The notes under the pieces were generated by a model that worked only from the letters and a program-made list of their open reading frames with translations, was not told the origin of the DNA and did not search any database. The position numbers and the translations under genes are program-made. A DNA stretch of 60,779 nucleotides, from assembly GCA_001938485.1 (NCBI GenBank), contig MQRK01252387.1, forward strand, positions 1 through 60,779, read 5' to 3'. The stretch comes from Girardia tigrina (taxonomy: Eukaryota). Position 1 is the stretch's first letter; each line of letters begins with the position of its first letter. Positions 27,501 through 41,600 of this stretch are shown piece by piece.

Positions 27501-29643
27501 TAATATATTGTATCAAGAAATTATAATATATTTTTCCAAATTAATGAAAATTAAATGAAATTTTTAAGTTACATAACATTAATTTTATTGAAATAAATGT
27601 AAATAAAAAAATATTACGATGAAAAAAAAATGTTCATGAAAATGATTTCATGGAAAATGTTTACAAAGACAAATTGATGATGAAAGAATTTTCGATAAAA
27701 TTCAACCGGGTAAAGAAGTAATAACCTTGTATGAGCTTATTGAAGAAGGAGAGTTAGAAGAGTTTCCAGGAATTCGGAAAACGGGTGTTTGTGGCATTAG
27801 TTAGTTTTAATAAATTATACCTTTTAAAGCTGGATATGGTTTTTATTTTGTGACATATTTTACCACTGTTTCTTTCAAAATACTTTCAAATAATTTAGAA
27901 ATAAAAGATAAAGATTTCAATGTAAAGGTGAAGTTTCTTTTAAGTAGAACAAGTCTCAATGGAGAATCAATAGACAAATGAAGAATGTGCATCAAGAGGT
28001 GAAATGCAAAACAAAACAAGCAACACCAAACGAGAGTCGTCCCACTGTAAAACTGCTCCTATTTAGTTATCTTCCTCCAAATCAAGGAAGCAGAAACGTA
28101 ATCTATCAAATGTCAAAAAAATATTTTAACTTGTCATATTGAAACACATTTGCAGCATATAAAAATTATCAAGAGACATTAAATATTGAATGTTTGGTTC
28201 GAGGAATTATAGCCGGGAATAACAGTGATAAATCATCATAACAATTTTAGGCCACAATCTGACAAATTCGGACTCATTTTTTTATTTGAATTTCAACTTT
28301 AATTTCTAGGATCGAATGTATTAATGATCCATATGAAATTATGATAAAATGGATCAAAGATTAATTTATCTTTAAACATAATGTATATTTATATGGGTAC
28401 GTATTATTTCTCCTTCGGTCGTTTCTCCTCCCGGAATATGTATTATTTAATTTTTATACCTCATAGATAAATAACTAAAATCACTTGACTTATATTATTT
28501 TATCAAATGAAACTTCAAAATATTTATTCATTAATTGAACAATACCTTTATAATAAAATGAATATTCAATGACAAAATCTTAATATAATAAATGCATTGA
28601 TCAGCATATTTGGTGATATCCAATTCCATGGAGGTTTATTCCATTTAATTAAATTTTTTAAGAAAAAATGAAATGAATTAAATCTATTTTAAAGATATTA
28701 CACTGATTCAGAATTTTCTCTCCTTGCTCGTATGGTTCCAGCTTTAGCTTTTGTTCCTTTCAAGGAAATTAATAAGGGGTTAAAAACATTAGTAAATGAA
28801 TTACCACACGAATTAATGCGTTACTAAATTGTTTCGGGGGTAATTATGTTGGTCGTTCCATACAAGCCGGTCATCGTTGAAAACCTCAATTTCCTCATGT
28901 TATGTTATGAGAGAACACTGAATGATCAAGTTCGTACCAATATTCATGCAGAAGGAGTAAATCGTGCTTTACAAGCACATTTCAGTGTAAATTATCCATT
29001 ATTATGGAAATTCATTAATGGTTGGAAAAGGATACAAAACAACAAAATAATACCAAAGTGAAACAAGTATCAGCATACCGATGAAAGCAATTTAACAATA
29101 TTCAAATTTTTATTTGATAAAATAACATCTCCGTATTCGTATTAGTGAGCACACACAACAAAGTCGGTCGAGTAAAGTCTGTGAGCATGTGAAGTCGTGT
29201 CAAAATAGTAAATCAGCAGATATAAAGGAGAATTTTTCAATTCTGACTTCGAATTTCGATACGCATTCTGAAAGACAGTTTTGTGAGTCACTATTGATTA
29301 GACATCACAACCCTTTAATAAACATTTAAAACGGAAATAGCATAGCTGTCACAATTTTAAATAAATTTTATTTAACATTGCGATAAGTAAATAATTTTTA
29401 AATTTGAATATTTATCTATGTATTTTTTACTTATTATATTGTATCAAATTATTTATATTTAATTTTTAATTATATTTATAATTTATCAAATCTATTTAAG
29501 TGTTTATAGTTATTTCTGTCCTATTTAGTTTCGTTATTTTTTGTCAATTATTAATTTGATTTTGTAACGAAATATGTAGTGAATTGTGAAATCATAAATT
29601 GTTACTCAAAAGATATTTCTTCATCTTCTATTATGTTAAGTCA

Positions 29644-29688
<45 letters not shown>

Positions 29689-32600
29689 CCCAAGTCACTC
29701 ACTGCTTCACTAACGCTCATTATCTACTTACAATTGTAATTATATAATTATATAACTATATAATTATATCCGTCATACATGACGGGTTATTTACTAGTAT
29801 ATATATATATATATATAGTTAAAATGCTTCTTCTGTTTGAATTTGAATTTATTTTTGGTTTTGAATTTTAGCTCGGGCCGACCGGATACGCCTTTGCTAT
29901 AAACACAAATGGATACATTATATTTCATCCGGAGTTAAAAAATCAAGTAACACTTAAAAATTGTTGTTTTGGTAATTTTCATATTATTATTAAATATTAA
30001 AATAAAATGAATAATGTAAACAATTTATACAAACAAATCAGTCGGACAACCGGGGGACATGCCAAGGGTAAAATTTACTTATGTGTAAAAAACACAACAA
30101 AATATTAAACTGATCCTTATCAAAATTTTGTCTTATATGATATACTAATTTTATAATTTATCGGATGCCTATCGGGGAGCTTATAGACTAATTTGGTTTG
30201 GGTGGACCATCTAAAGAACCTATAGACTCAATACCATTCTTGAGAGAGATGGGAGGCCCACATAATTTATTACTTATTTAATAATTAATCAAATTAAAAA
30301 AGATTTATTTATTTGAGTACTAATAGGTACCATTTAAATATAAATGTTTTAAAAATCTAGCTCTCAACAAATTAAAAGCAGGAAGGGATTGGGAGTAAAT
30401 CATTACATAGTTACTGGGGTAACCAGTGTCACCGATATCGATCACGTAAATTGTCGTGTCCGCCCCGCTCAAACGTGTCGCCCACAGACTCCGATTGTGC
30501 GATAATTTGTATTTCGATTTTAACGATTCACAAACTGTTCCGTTTGTCGTTTTCGTTAAAACGGGTTTATTCGATATATATTCATATCCGTATTTCGGAT
30601 CGGGAAATTCCGAATAAAGTGTCTTGTACTTTCATGCGAGATAGTTCTCTGGACTGGTCGACATGGAATATCGAGGATCGTATTGCGCCGTAGCCAAGTA
30701 CGAGTAGTCGCCTGTTGCGGCGGCGATTCGCGATTGCGCGATCAGATATTTTCGATGATCGGGATCGACGAGTTTCCGTTCGAATTCCATCGGCAATCGA
30801 CCGATAATAACTCGATGAAGGCAAGATCGATGATCTTGTTTTACTTTTCCTTTTTTTGAGCATTTATTCTCTGACATTCTTTATTTACTTAAACTAAGCG
30901 AAATATCGAAATATAATCAATTTAATCGAAAGAAAAAAATTCAAACGATATCAATTAATTTATTTTCTGCTTCAAATTTTCATACAAAGTTAATTATTTA
31001 AACAACACCAAATTAAAATATTCAGTTTTCTATAATTTTTAATCAATTTTTATATTTTTAATTGAATTAAAAAATTTTCTGAATGTACGTCTGGATTTTT
31101 CTCAGCTCAAAAATTTCAGGGGTCGCAAATCCAATTAAGGCATTTTTGATAATTAAAAGTTAAAAAAAATAAGTTAAATATCACATTGAAAAACTCTTAA
31201 TTTGTTGCTGTTGCTGATACGATTTAGTGGACACTACAGTTACAAATAAATCGCAAGAAATTCTAAACATCATACTGTGAAGATGAAGGATTTGACATTT
31301 GACTCAGCATTGTCAGTCTGTCTGAATATTTTAAAATAAGGCTACAAATAGAAGATTAAAGGAGTTAAAATACGTAGATAAGTTCAAAAGTCTGTAGACT
31401 GGTAGATTATTTAATAATGTAGGAGTCTGATTTTTTGTGATAGAAGTATATCTGCACAGATAAAAATAATGGGCATTTGTTTTAAAATTTGACTATTAAT
31501 CAGACATATTTCTTTATTTTTCAACTTAACATGATATCTAACGTTGAAAGGTTCAGGTTTTACTTTTAAGGAAAATTTAATCTGATGAAATAATACGGCG
31601 ACTAAGCCAGGCGTAGGATGCAGAGGTCCTCTCTGTACATACAATTAACTGTTAATCACATTACAGTTTCATGATCTTTCAAGTGATTTTAATTCGGTAG
31701 TATGAGTTTTAAGGAGGACTTTCTAACAATAAAAAATTCGTCAATAATTCAAGATTAACACTTTTAATATGCAATACGTTTATACCGTAAAACAGAAACC
31801 TTTATATTGAGTATGAAACTAATTTAAAACATGACGCGATAATACACGTTCGGAGAGCTTCAGACACAAATTCTTGTGCAGGTGTATACGTGTAGAGCAG
31901 TGAACGGGTTAAGTAAATCGATGCCTCATCATCATTTTCAATGACTTGATTTTCTTTATAAGAAATCCCCACGAGCTAGCCGAAGCCAAAACTGTAAGAG
32001 TTTTAATTTTCTGTGGATTTTTTCAAGTTCCAATGAATGATGAATTCTGGAAACACACTGTGACTTTTGATGAGAAATGGATTTATCTGGTCAATCAAAA
32101 GAAAAACAAACAATCTATTCAAGAGGTCAAGCAATGTCACTCATTTAGTCTCAAGAACCATTTGCCAAGATGTTCATGATTTCGAACTTTTAAGGCGTTT
32201 TACAAGTTGAACTTGTTCCGAATAGTCATGCTGTCAACGACGAGTTCTACTGCCGGTAAGAAGACTGCGTTTACTAAAACATATTTGAGAAGCATTACCT
32301 TTTTGTTCATCAAATGAGCGTTTCATTTCAGCAGGACAATCCTAAAACACACACTGTCATGAGGATTAAGAGGAATGTAAAGGAGTTTAGCGATGTCAGA
32401 TGTTACACCTATTGATGAAAGTCTTTTCCAATGGATACAGTATTTTTGGAAAGTCGCCGAATTTAATCATTCGATGAAACTGCATAAGCGTCTCATAGGT
32501 TCTTCAGTCTGAAGGAGCTAGAGTGGTACCCTATACGAATTCAGATGCTTGCAGACAGATTGCAGGATGAAGTAGAAAATTATCGACTTGGAGGAGTAGT

Positions 32601-35600
32601 TTGTTTTTTATTATTAAATGGTTGTTTTAAAAATATTAAGTTCCTTTTGTAGCTGTTACAGAACTTTTTTGACAACTTCGTAAATGATTTTTAAATATTT
32701 AGAAAAAAAAGTTGACAATGGTTTGGGTATCTTTCCTGACCATTTTACAAGATTAGTTTGAGAATAAATGTTTTAAACAATTTTATTTATCGTTCCTGGT
32801 TGTTATGTAAATTATTTAAATTGTCGACAAAATTAATTGTAAAAGAACTTAATCATCATGACATGTTTCAATGTTTTCTTAATCTAAAAGACTTTAGGAT
32901 TTCTAAAAACTTCGAATAATCTAATAAATTTTTAAATTATTAAAATCAGTTGCTCTAAAAGAGCCTTATAAAAACATAAATATAAAAGTTTAAGGAAATA
33001 AGGTTCAAGCTTGTTCATGAAAATATTGTAAACAGTATAATTAAATATAGAAATAAAAGTATTGTAGCAGTAGTCCCCCAAAGACCGATTGCAGATTAAT
33101 CTTTATTTAACCCATTTCTCTCTGTTGAAACATCTCATATATACTTTTTATAGCTCTTGTAATTTAAATCTTTATTATGATGTTTCAAAATTAAGTTTAT
33201 GAATATCTTTTCTATAGTTATATATTTATATGGAATAAATAAAATATTGCCTTTCATTTAAAATTTTTATTTCAGCTCGGATGGATGCGCGATCCCCCAA
33301 ATGTCGACATGGTTGAGATAGAATATAATTCGGATGATAAAACTAAGGTAAATTTTCAATTGTCTTTTTAAATGGAAATAGTTAAACTTTAAAATGTTTG
33401 TTTCTTTAATTTTTTGTTTTCTTTTTATAACTCAAAGATACTCTGTGTGCTTATCAAAATACTTTTCAAAATATGATCATAGGACATGTTCTAATTATGT
33501 TTTTTACATCACCATCAGTACTAGAGGTTTAAAAATTAATTAGACTTGATTATAAAATGGTAATAAATATCAAATGATATCTTAAAATAATAAATAAATT
33601 TTTTTAAACTACTATTAAATTCTGTACTGACCTACCTAATGATATATAAATTATATAATATTATATTAATTAATTTGAAAAATAAAAATCAATAAAAAAT
33701 GATCTAAAATTTCATTTTGTTTTCTTGGATTTTATAAGAATAGTTTTTATTAAATTTCTCGACATCATCCATCAACTAACGAAACGATTTCTTTTTGATT
33801 TATCGGAGTCATCCATCATCGCATTCCTCCATCAAATCGCAATTACCAGAACGAATCAAATCAAAATTCATCTCAAATCCAATTACAAGTTCCAACATCA
33901 AACAAATAACTTCACCAAAAGATAATCTATCTCGTGTTCTCTTTACCAAACATTGATCATCCAATTTATTACTGTAAAACCAGCCAATAACAACACTCCG
34001 AAACATTACAACAATACTAAGTAACTAATTTACATTTTATCAATTTTCTCAACTCGTGATCCTATCAATTTTTTAATCCTTCCGTTACTGTTTATTGTTA
34101 TTAAATAGAACTAAATTATTTTAATCTATTTTTTGTTTATTATTGTAAGCAAGTTTACTGATCTTGATCCATCAGATCCATCAACTTGATTTCTTACAAA
34201 TTCAAATATTTAAATTAATATTTATATATTGCAAAAATTATTATTGCTTATTGTAGTGACCTAAAGTCACTAATATATTTGTATTTATATATAAAACTAG
34301 TAAATAACCCGTCATGTATGACGGGTAAAATTGAGAAAAGAAATTTCATTTTTTAATTTTAATTTGAGTAATTTTGGATGTGGAACAGATGCATTAAAAC
34401 AAAGANNNNNNNNNNNNNNNNNNNNNNNNNNNNNNNNNNNNNNNNNNNNNNNNNNNNNNNNNNNNNNNNNNNNNNNNNNNNNNNNNNNNNNNNNNNNNNN
34501 NNNNNNNNNNNNNNNNNNNNNNNNNNNNNNNNNNNNNNNNNNNNNNNNNNNNNNNNNNNNNNNNNNNNNNNNNNNNNNNNNNNGAATTATTATTAATATA
34601 AATATCTACTTACAATTGTAAGTAGATAATATGAGCGTTAGTGAGGCAGGCAGGCAGGCAGGCAGGCAGTGAGTGACTTGGGCTTTTATAAGATAAGATG
34701 AAATATGTATATAGAAATATAGATAGTAAATATAATAAATATAATCAAATAAAAAAATTTATTTTTTAATAAACAAATAAAAATGAAATGCCTTGGAGTC
34801 GTATGCGTTTGTAACAACTGTTGTTGGATCTGCTGTGATTTTTCTGTCACAAACTGAAAATTTATTCGCCTGTACGGAAGAACAGAGTGAAATCCAATTG
34901 CAAATTCATCAACAGAAAAAACCATTCGAAAATTACAATTTAAGAAACAATTTCAGAACATTTTCTACCTCGAACCTCAATTTCTACAATTCCGTTGTTA
35001 TCCATCATTCTCTTTTTCAATCAACTAACAGAATCTCAACAAATATTTCGTTATATTCTAACATTATTCCCTTTTGCGAACACTTATGATTTACCAGTAA
35101 GTTATTTATATTTTTTATAGTGTATAAAATTTTAAATTTTATATATATATATATATTTTTTTACGTTAAAAGAGCTCATTGAAACATTCGTTTCAGTTAG
35201 CTCTTTTACACTTATTACGGAGTATGAAACTTTGAATTATGTTCAATCTGAATACTACTCTGCAAAAATTTGAACTCCCTTGGAAAAATCGTCTTTTTAA
35301 TATTTTATTATCATTGTCACACTGTCTTATGTAACGTAGTTTTTTATTTATGACTATTGTGGGTAGTCTTATATCTCATTTATTGTATTAAAATATGATT
35401 ATTTTTTAAATATTTGGCACGGATTTCATTAGGAAAGGGTTTCTTTGTTAGGAAGATAACGACCAAAAACATACATCAAAACATAGTATGAATTATTAAG
35501 AATCAAAAGAAACTTTAGATACTCTTAAGTCTATGGAATGGAAATCACAATCGCCAAATGCAAATACGATCGAACTGTTAAGGAATACGCTGAACCGAGA

Positions 35601-38600
35601 AGTATGGAATCCATATCTAACTAGCAAATCTCATTTGTAGGAATGTCTTAAACAGGCTTGGCAACGCTTGCGACCAGAAAGTGGCCAGAATTTCCAGAAT
35701 TTATGGGGTCATCAACAAATCAAAATGCTTACATATTGGTGAAAAGCGGATGAACAGACTTTTTCGTTGTTTAAGTATTACTGTATTATATGTTTCGTAA
35801 TAAATTATTTCGATAATGTAATTCCAAATAAATAAGTAATATATGACGGTTTGAGTACGATAAATAAATCGATAAATGCAAAAAAGGAAAATTTTTCCAG
35901 GTGAGTCAAAACTTTTGCATATTCATATATAATGAAATGAGTATTTTATTTTTAGTGAAAATTTTGGAAATATGAAACCAACTTAAATTATAATTTTCGC
36001 AACAATTTACTCTAAGCTAACCCAAGAAGAATAATTCATAAAATTGTTTTTTTTTATAATTTTTCTTTATAACACAAAAATTGTAAGATCAAATAAAAAG
36101 AAAACTCTTTTTCATATAAAGAACATTTGTTGGCAATTATTTTAAAATAGTTATAAAAAAGAAATGTATCATAAATATATTGGAATAACAAATGAATACA
36201 AATATATCAAGAAACTATTTTAAAATAAATTCTAAATTTTTATATTTTCAGAGGGGTTACTTTAGATTCCATTTTGTTTTATATAAATATTATTATACAC
36301 TTAATTCATTGAATTTTTGAGAGCATACTTGGTTACTTAGTACAACTTCGAAACGAAACAAACTAAGTATCATTTCATGAATAACTGTATAAAATAGGTC
36401 TAGTAAATGCTCATTCAAAAAAGGACGAGGAACGGTAATGATTTAGACATTATCTTCTCTTTAATCAACATTTTGATTTCGATTAATACATTTATTTGCA
36501 ACAGAAATAGAATCGAAATTATAACTATTTATTCTTCATTTGTAATTTTTTATAATCATTTTACAAAGTTAATGGAAAAGGAAACATTAAATTTTAATTA
36601 ATTAATTTTTAATAAATATTACCTTTAAAAAATAATAATCAATTTCATTCAGTTTCCTTTAATTTAAATTACAAAAAACTTAGATTAAGTTTTTTCATGT
36701 ATTAGGTTGTCCTAAAAGTTCCCGGTCAATAATGAAAATAAATTTTTTTTAAATTTCTTTTTGGCATTCAATATTTGATATTGATATATATATATATATA
36801 TATATCGATTTATTTATAGCATTATATGAACTGCGAGATTACAAAGCTTGAAATCCGTGTATTGCTGCGTCACTATTGAAAGAAAGGCTTGAAAACACGA
36901 GATGCTGCCAAGGCGATTTACAAAGTTGAAGGTACACAAACGGTCGGAAAAACTACGGTAATTGATTGGTTCAAGCGTTTCAATAAAGGCAACTTTGACT
37001 TGAATTACAGTCCTCGTTCTGGACGACCAACAAAATTGTATAACGACATGAGTCGGACATGAAGCCTTCGTCAAGCACTCGCGATTTGACATTTAAGCTT
37101 GGAGTTGGCAAGTCAACCATGCATTGGTATTTGAAGCAGCTTGACTTTGTGCACAAGAAACCGCGTCAAGATCCACACGAATTCACCAAAGTACAGGCTG
37201 ATAAAAGAGTTCAAATTTGCCAACAACTGCTACAGAATCCACGAGATGACCGCTTTTGGAAACGAATTGTGACGTCAGTCGAGAAGTGGGTCTACTTGGT
37301 CATGGACCCCTGTATAATAGCATCTGGATTAACAACTGAATATCGTGTTAGACAACATGAGGCCTACGCTCTGTAATGACAATATATGTGCCAAATATAT
37401 AATCTTGTCTTCCTCAATGAAAGTCAGATTTTCCACCAAATCACCAATGCAGACAGTGATTTGTAATCACAAATAATATATTATATACACTATACAGAAC
37501 AAATTACAATAATTAGGTACAATTATTATACATATTAGGAATTGAATTTAATAACTTTTCTCACGTTTGAGGAGCATGCGGATGTTGAATTGGTGTCTGT
37601 TACTGTATTTTTTGTCATGATGTTGAACATACTGCGTGAAATCTGTGACAGAAGATCGTGACCATTTTCGCTGCCGAGAAAATATATTTCAGTGTCGTTT
37701 TCTAGCACCAGTTTCATAATTTCCGTGAACATAGAGCGACTGGAAGAAGAATGGAGAAGCATTTTTGTCAGGTTTGTTTTCTGTTTTATTTCAGAGAAAA
37801 CATTCCAAAATTTGATACAGAGGAGAAACAGATAGTCCGAAGGATAGGTGAGACCTCCTCTGTTAAGTGATGTCAACAAATCAGAAGTAGTCTTTGACAA
37901 TTCATCAGATTCCAGCTCGTGGTTGACAGAGTTATTACTTTTCAGCAACTGCTCACAGCTGCTGCATTCAGGTCTGTGAAGAATGGTTTTTGTAATATAT
38001 CCACCTACGTAGAATAGAGCACAGGCGTCTGAATAGGACGGTGCTGTGTCAAATGTCAGAGAGGATACAATTTGTTGCACAGTGGCAGCATTTCCGAATG
38101 GTTGTTCGTCTCCCTCAGCGACANNNNNNNNNNNNNNNNNNNNNNNNNNNNNNNNNNNNNNNNNNNNNNNNNNNNNNNNNNNNNNNNNNNNNNNNNNNNN
38201 NNNNNNNNNNNNNNNNNNNNNNNNNNNNNNNNNNNNNNNNNNNNNNNNNNNNNNNNNNNNNNNNNNNNNNNNNNNNNNNNNNNNNNNNNNNNNNNNNNNN
38301 NNNNNNNNNNNNNNNNNNNNNNNNNNNNNNNNNNNNNNNNNNNNNNNNNNNNNNNNNNNNNNNNNNNNNNNNNNNNNNNNNNNNNNNNNNNNNNNNNNNN
38401 NNNNNNNNNNNNNNNNNNNNNNNNNNNNNNNNNNNNNNNNNNNNNNNNNNNNNNNNNNNNNNNNNNNNNNNNNNNNNNNNNNNNNNNNNCAGAAATTCCA
38501 GGAATTCAGTTAGATAAAGGAGCTTCCAATCAGCCGAGGAGCGAATAGGATCACGATACAAATCCCGCTTGTGTTTTCCGATGAAGGGTGTTCTTACATT

Positions 38601-41600
38601 CAGAATGCGCCAATACTTGATGATCGTTTGCAGGAATTCGGCAGTAGCACGCCTTTCAGCATTGATCTCAGGAGCGTAGAAGGAGAATCCTTGAGCCGTT
38701 GATTCACAAAAAACACTGGCAGAATGTTTGACGGATGTCCTCTGAAGGTTGGTTGGATTCAGAGATGCTGCACGTAATTTATGGGCAATTTTAACGGATT
38801 TGTCTCTNNNNNNNNNNNNNNNNTCTTCGATATGTTGAAAGTTGGCAGTGAACGATGATGATTGTGGAGAAAACGGAGGACACACAAAAACTTTCTTAGA
38901 TTGGAAATTGTTGTAAATATTTTTTACATTGTGGGTAGTGTCAAAATTCAAATATAGAGGAGAATCAGGATCACATGGATTGGGTATGGATGACTGAAGA
39001 ATACCATTGCAGAGTTTGTTGGTGTAAAAGGCACGATTAACAGAATAATTATCCAAACAAACAATGAGAACTCGGAATCCAATGGAATGAATAAATTGTA
39101 TTGTGGATAGGAATTTTTCATGAAGGAAATCAGTGTTTAATTTTCTGACAGGAAACAGGGATACGATATCTCTGTAGTCACCAGCTATTGATGAAATCAT
39201 GAAACTGAGCACTGTGGATGCTAATGTGTCAGAGTTTTCACTGAAGCCAACGAATTTTCCACCGCAATATTCTAACTTTGCTGGCTATGTAAATCTCGTC
39301 AATAATGAGAGTAACATACCGCTGTTGTTCATTCAATGTGGCGAGTCTCCTTTGAAAGTATGGCTTATTGGATTCACCGCTCTTCATCTCAACTCCTCGA
39401 GATAATTTTCGGAGAGTGTTGATGGAAGGAAGACACAAGATATTCTGATGAAGCAAAGCACTGTAGCACGATGAACTCGTTGAAAATAAAGTTTAGGACA
39501 AAACAATGATAGCGGGAGAGTATCGGCGGGCATGTTTGCTGGATTGTAAAAGTCTCAGCTGCTCGATTTGAAATTCAAGTTGACGAAGATTGGTTTCTCC
39601 TTCAATGTTGTCAGAGGAATCGGGAACATTCTCACACTGCCTCAGCAAGCATTGAATGGCTATATCGACCCAAGGACAGTTGGTATTTGATGAAGGATTG
39701 TCATTCAACCATGATTTAATAAGAGACATGAGGTTCAGAACTTGGCTGAAATATACGAGTTTTCTCTTAGATAATAAATGTTGATATCGAGAAAATGGAA
39801 CAGGAGCAGAGTAATAACCACTGTCACTGATCGATCATTTTGCACTTGGATTGAAGCATCAATTTTAGGAATATCCTCCACGCTCGAAATGATGCAAAGT
39901 AGCAAGGAGGAATCATATTTGATAACCTGAAAGCCATCAGGAAGATGTTGCTCTTCCATTAATTTCCTGTGGAGCTCTTCAAGGGAATGGATTTCGTCGT
40001 TATTCACGAATTCCTGATAGATATCATCATTACGCTGCACTTCACGTAAATATCTCTCCTCAAACTTTGAGTTTGACTGTCGGCGGGGAGGTAATTGTGA
40101 TGTATAATACGATGGAAGATCAGGGAACTTGGATGGAAACGAATCATCTTTCAGATATCTAAAACAGCAATCATTCAATAACAATGAACACAGTAAAAGA
40201 AAAGGTATTTTACAAAGAAATAACTTACCTTTTCAATAACTTTCTTGGTCTTTTATTCTTCCGATCAGAATTTGTATCTCGTGTTTCTTCCACAAAATCG
40301 TCCTCTTTAAAATGTTTGGAGCAAATGCGGGAATTACTATTCGGAGTGAAGTTTTCACGTGAGAGACGATGAAGCTACTTCTGGAGTAAGACTGGATTGT
40401 TCAGGGGAAATTTGTGTAAGGTTATACCTGCTATATCTTCTTCAAAGGAAGATTTATAACCTGTTTTACAGCCAGGAGCTGCACACTTAAAACCCATGTG
40501 ATGTGAAAATGAGAGAAAACAATGAGGCTTTTTCGTACAATTTCCATCAACAAATGAGAAGAGGCATCACGCACCGACCCTTATACCTGAGGACTCAGGA
40601 CTGATTCATCATATCATAGTTCACACACATACACACAGAGGTTTTCAATGAGAATGACTCACACAAGAATGATAACACACACATCTGTTTGTACTTTTAA
40701 ATATGAGATTGAACAAGTAGTTGAAAACGTATTTATATACTTCATATCTATAGGCCTCATGTTGTCTAAAGCGAAAAAATATTTGAAGTGGTTGTTAGTC
40801 CAGATGCTATTATACAGGGGTCCATGACTTGGTCAACCACAACCGAGACAAGGGATTGGTTCCACCGGGTCAAACAACGCTGTCAGCTCCAAAACAAGAT
40901 CGATTTGGCTTGAAAATCATGTTTTGCGTCTGGTGGAACTTTGAGGGAGTCGTGCACTTTGAGTTCATTCAGAACAGCTAAGCCATCAAGGCAGAGCTCT
41001 ATTGTTAACAGCTGGACCGTTTCTATGAGAAGTTCAAGGAGAAGTAACCTGCCTTAATCAACCGAGAACGTGCACTGCTTCAGTAAGACAATACCAAGCC
41101 GCATACCACCAAGAAGACCACGGGCAGGTTCCAAGAGTTGGATGGAATCGAAATCCTGCCGCATCCTGTTTAAAGCCCTGATTGCGCTCCATCCGACTAT
41201 GGCCTCTTCCGATCCATGCAACACTTTTTTAAAGGCTGCCGATTCGAAGCATTCGATGAAGTTGAACAAGCATGTCAAGAGTTCCTCAATTCGAAGCAAC
41301 CGGAATGGTACTTTGACCAGATCCGAAAGCTTGCAGACCGTATACAGAAATTAGTCGAAAACTTTGGTCTATACTTTGAAGATTAATTGTTATTTATTTA
41401 AAATAAATTCTTGCACAAAAAATTGTATTTTTCATTCTTGACCGGGAACTTTTAGGACAACCTAATAATAAGAAAATTAAGACAAACACCCAAAAACAAT
41501 TTATATATGGTGTGTTCAATAAGTACCCGGCCTGACAAAGAAAACGAATTTCGAAAAAGGATATTTTTAGTACACAACAAGCTTAACGTTTGTAGGCATC

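Larger units (their letters stand above)
36702..41465 (+). mobile_element. mariner element (DD34D), split by the P-like insertion
   Basis: Perfect 28-bp TIRs TTAGGTTGTCCTAAAAGTTCCCGGTCAA with TA on both sides; transposase reads ..RIVTS.EKWVYLV|NHN.. across the insertion; degenerate PDCAPSDY motif. Confidence 0.92.

Noticed and set aside
34331-34621. ORFs across the N run
   Set aside because: Gap artefact inside a Helitron copy.
38041-38548. Long plus-strand ORFs in the track
   Set aside because: Artefacts of the N gap; the real coding strand is minus (P-like transposase).
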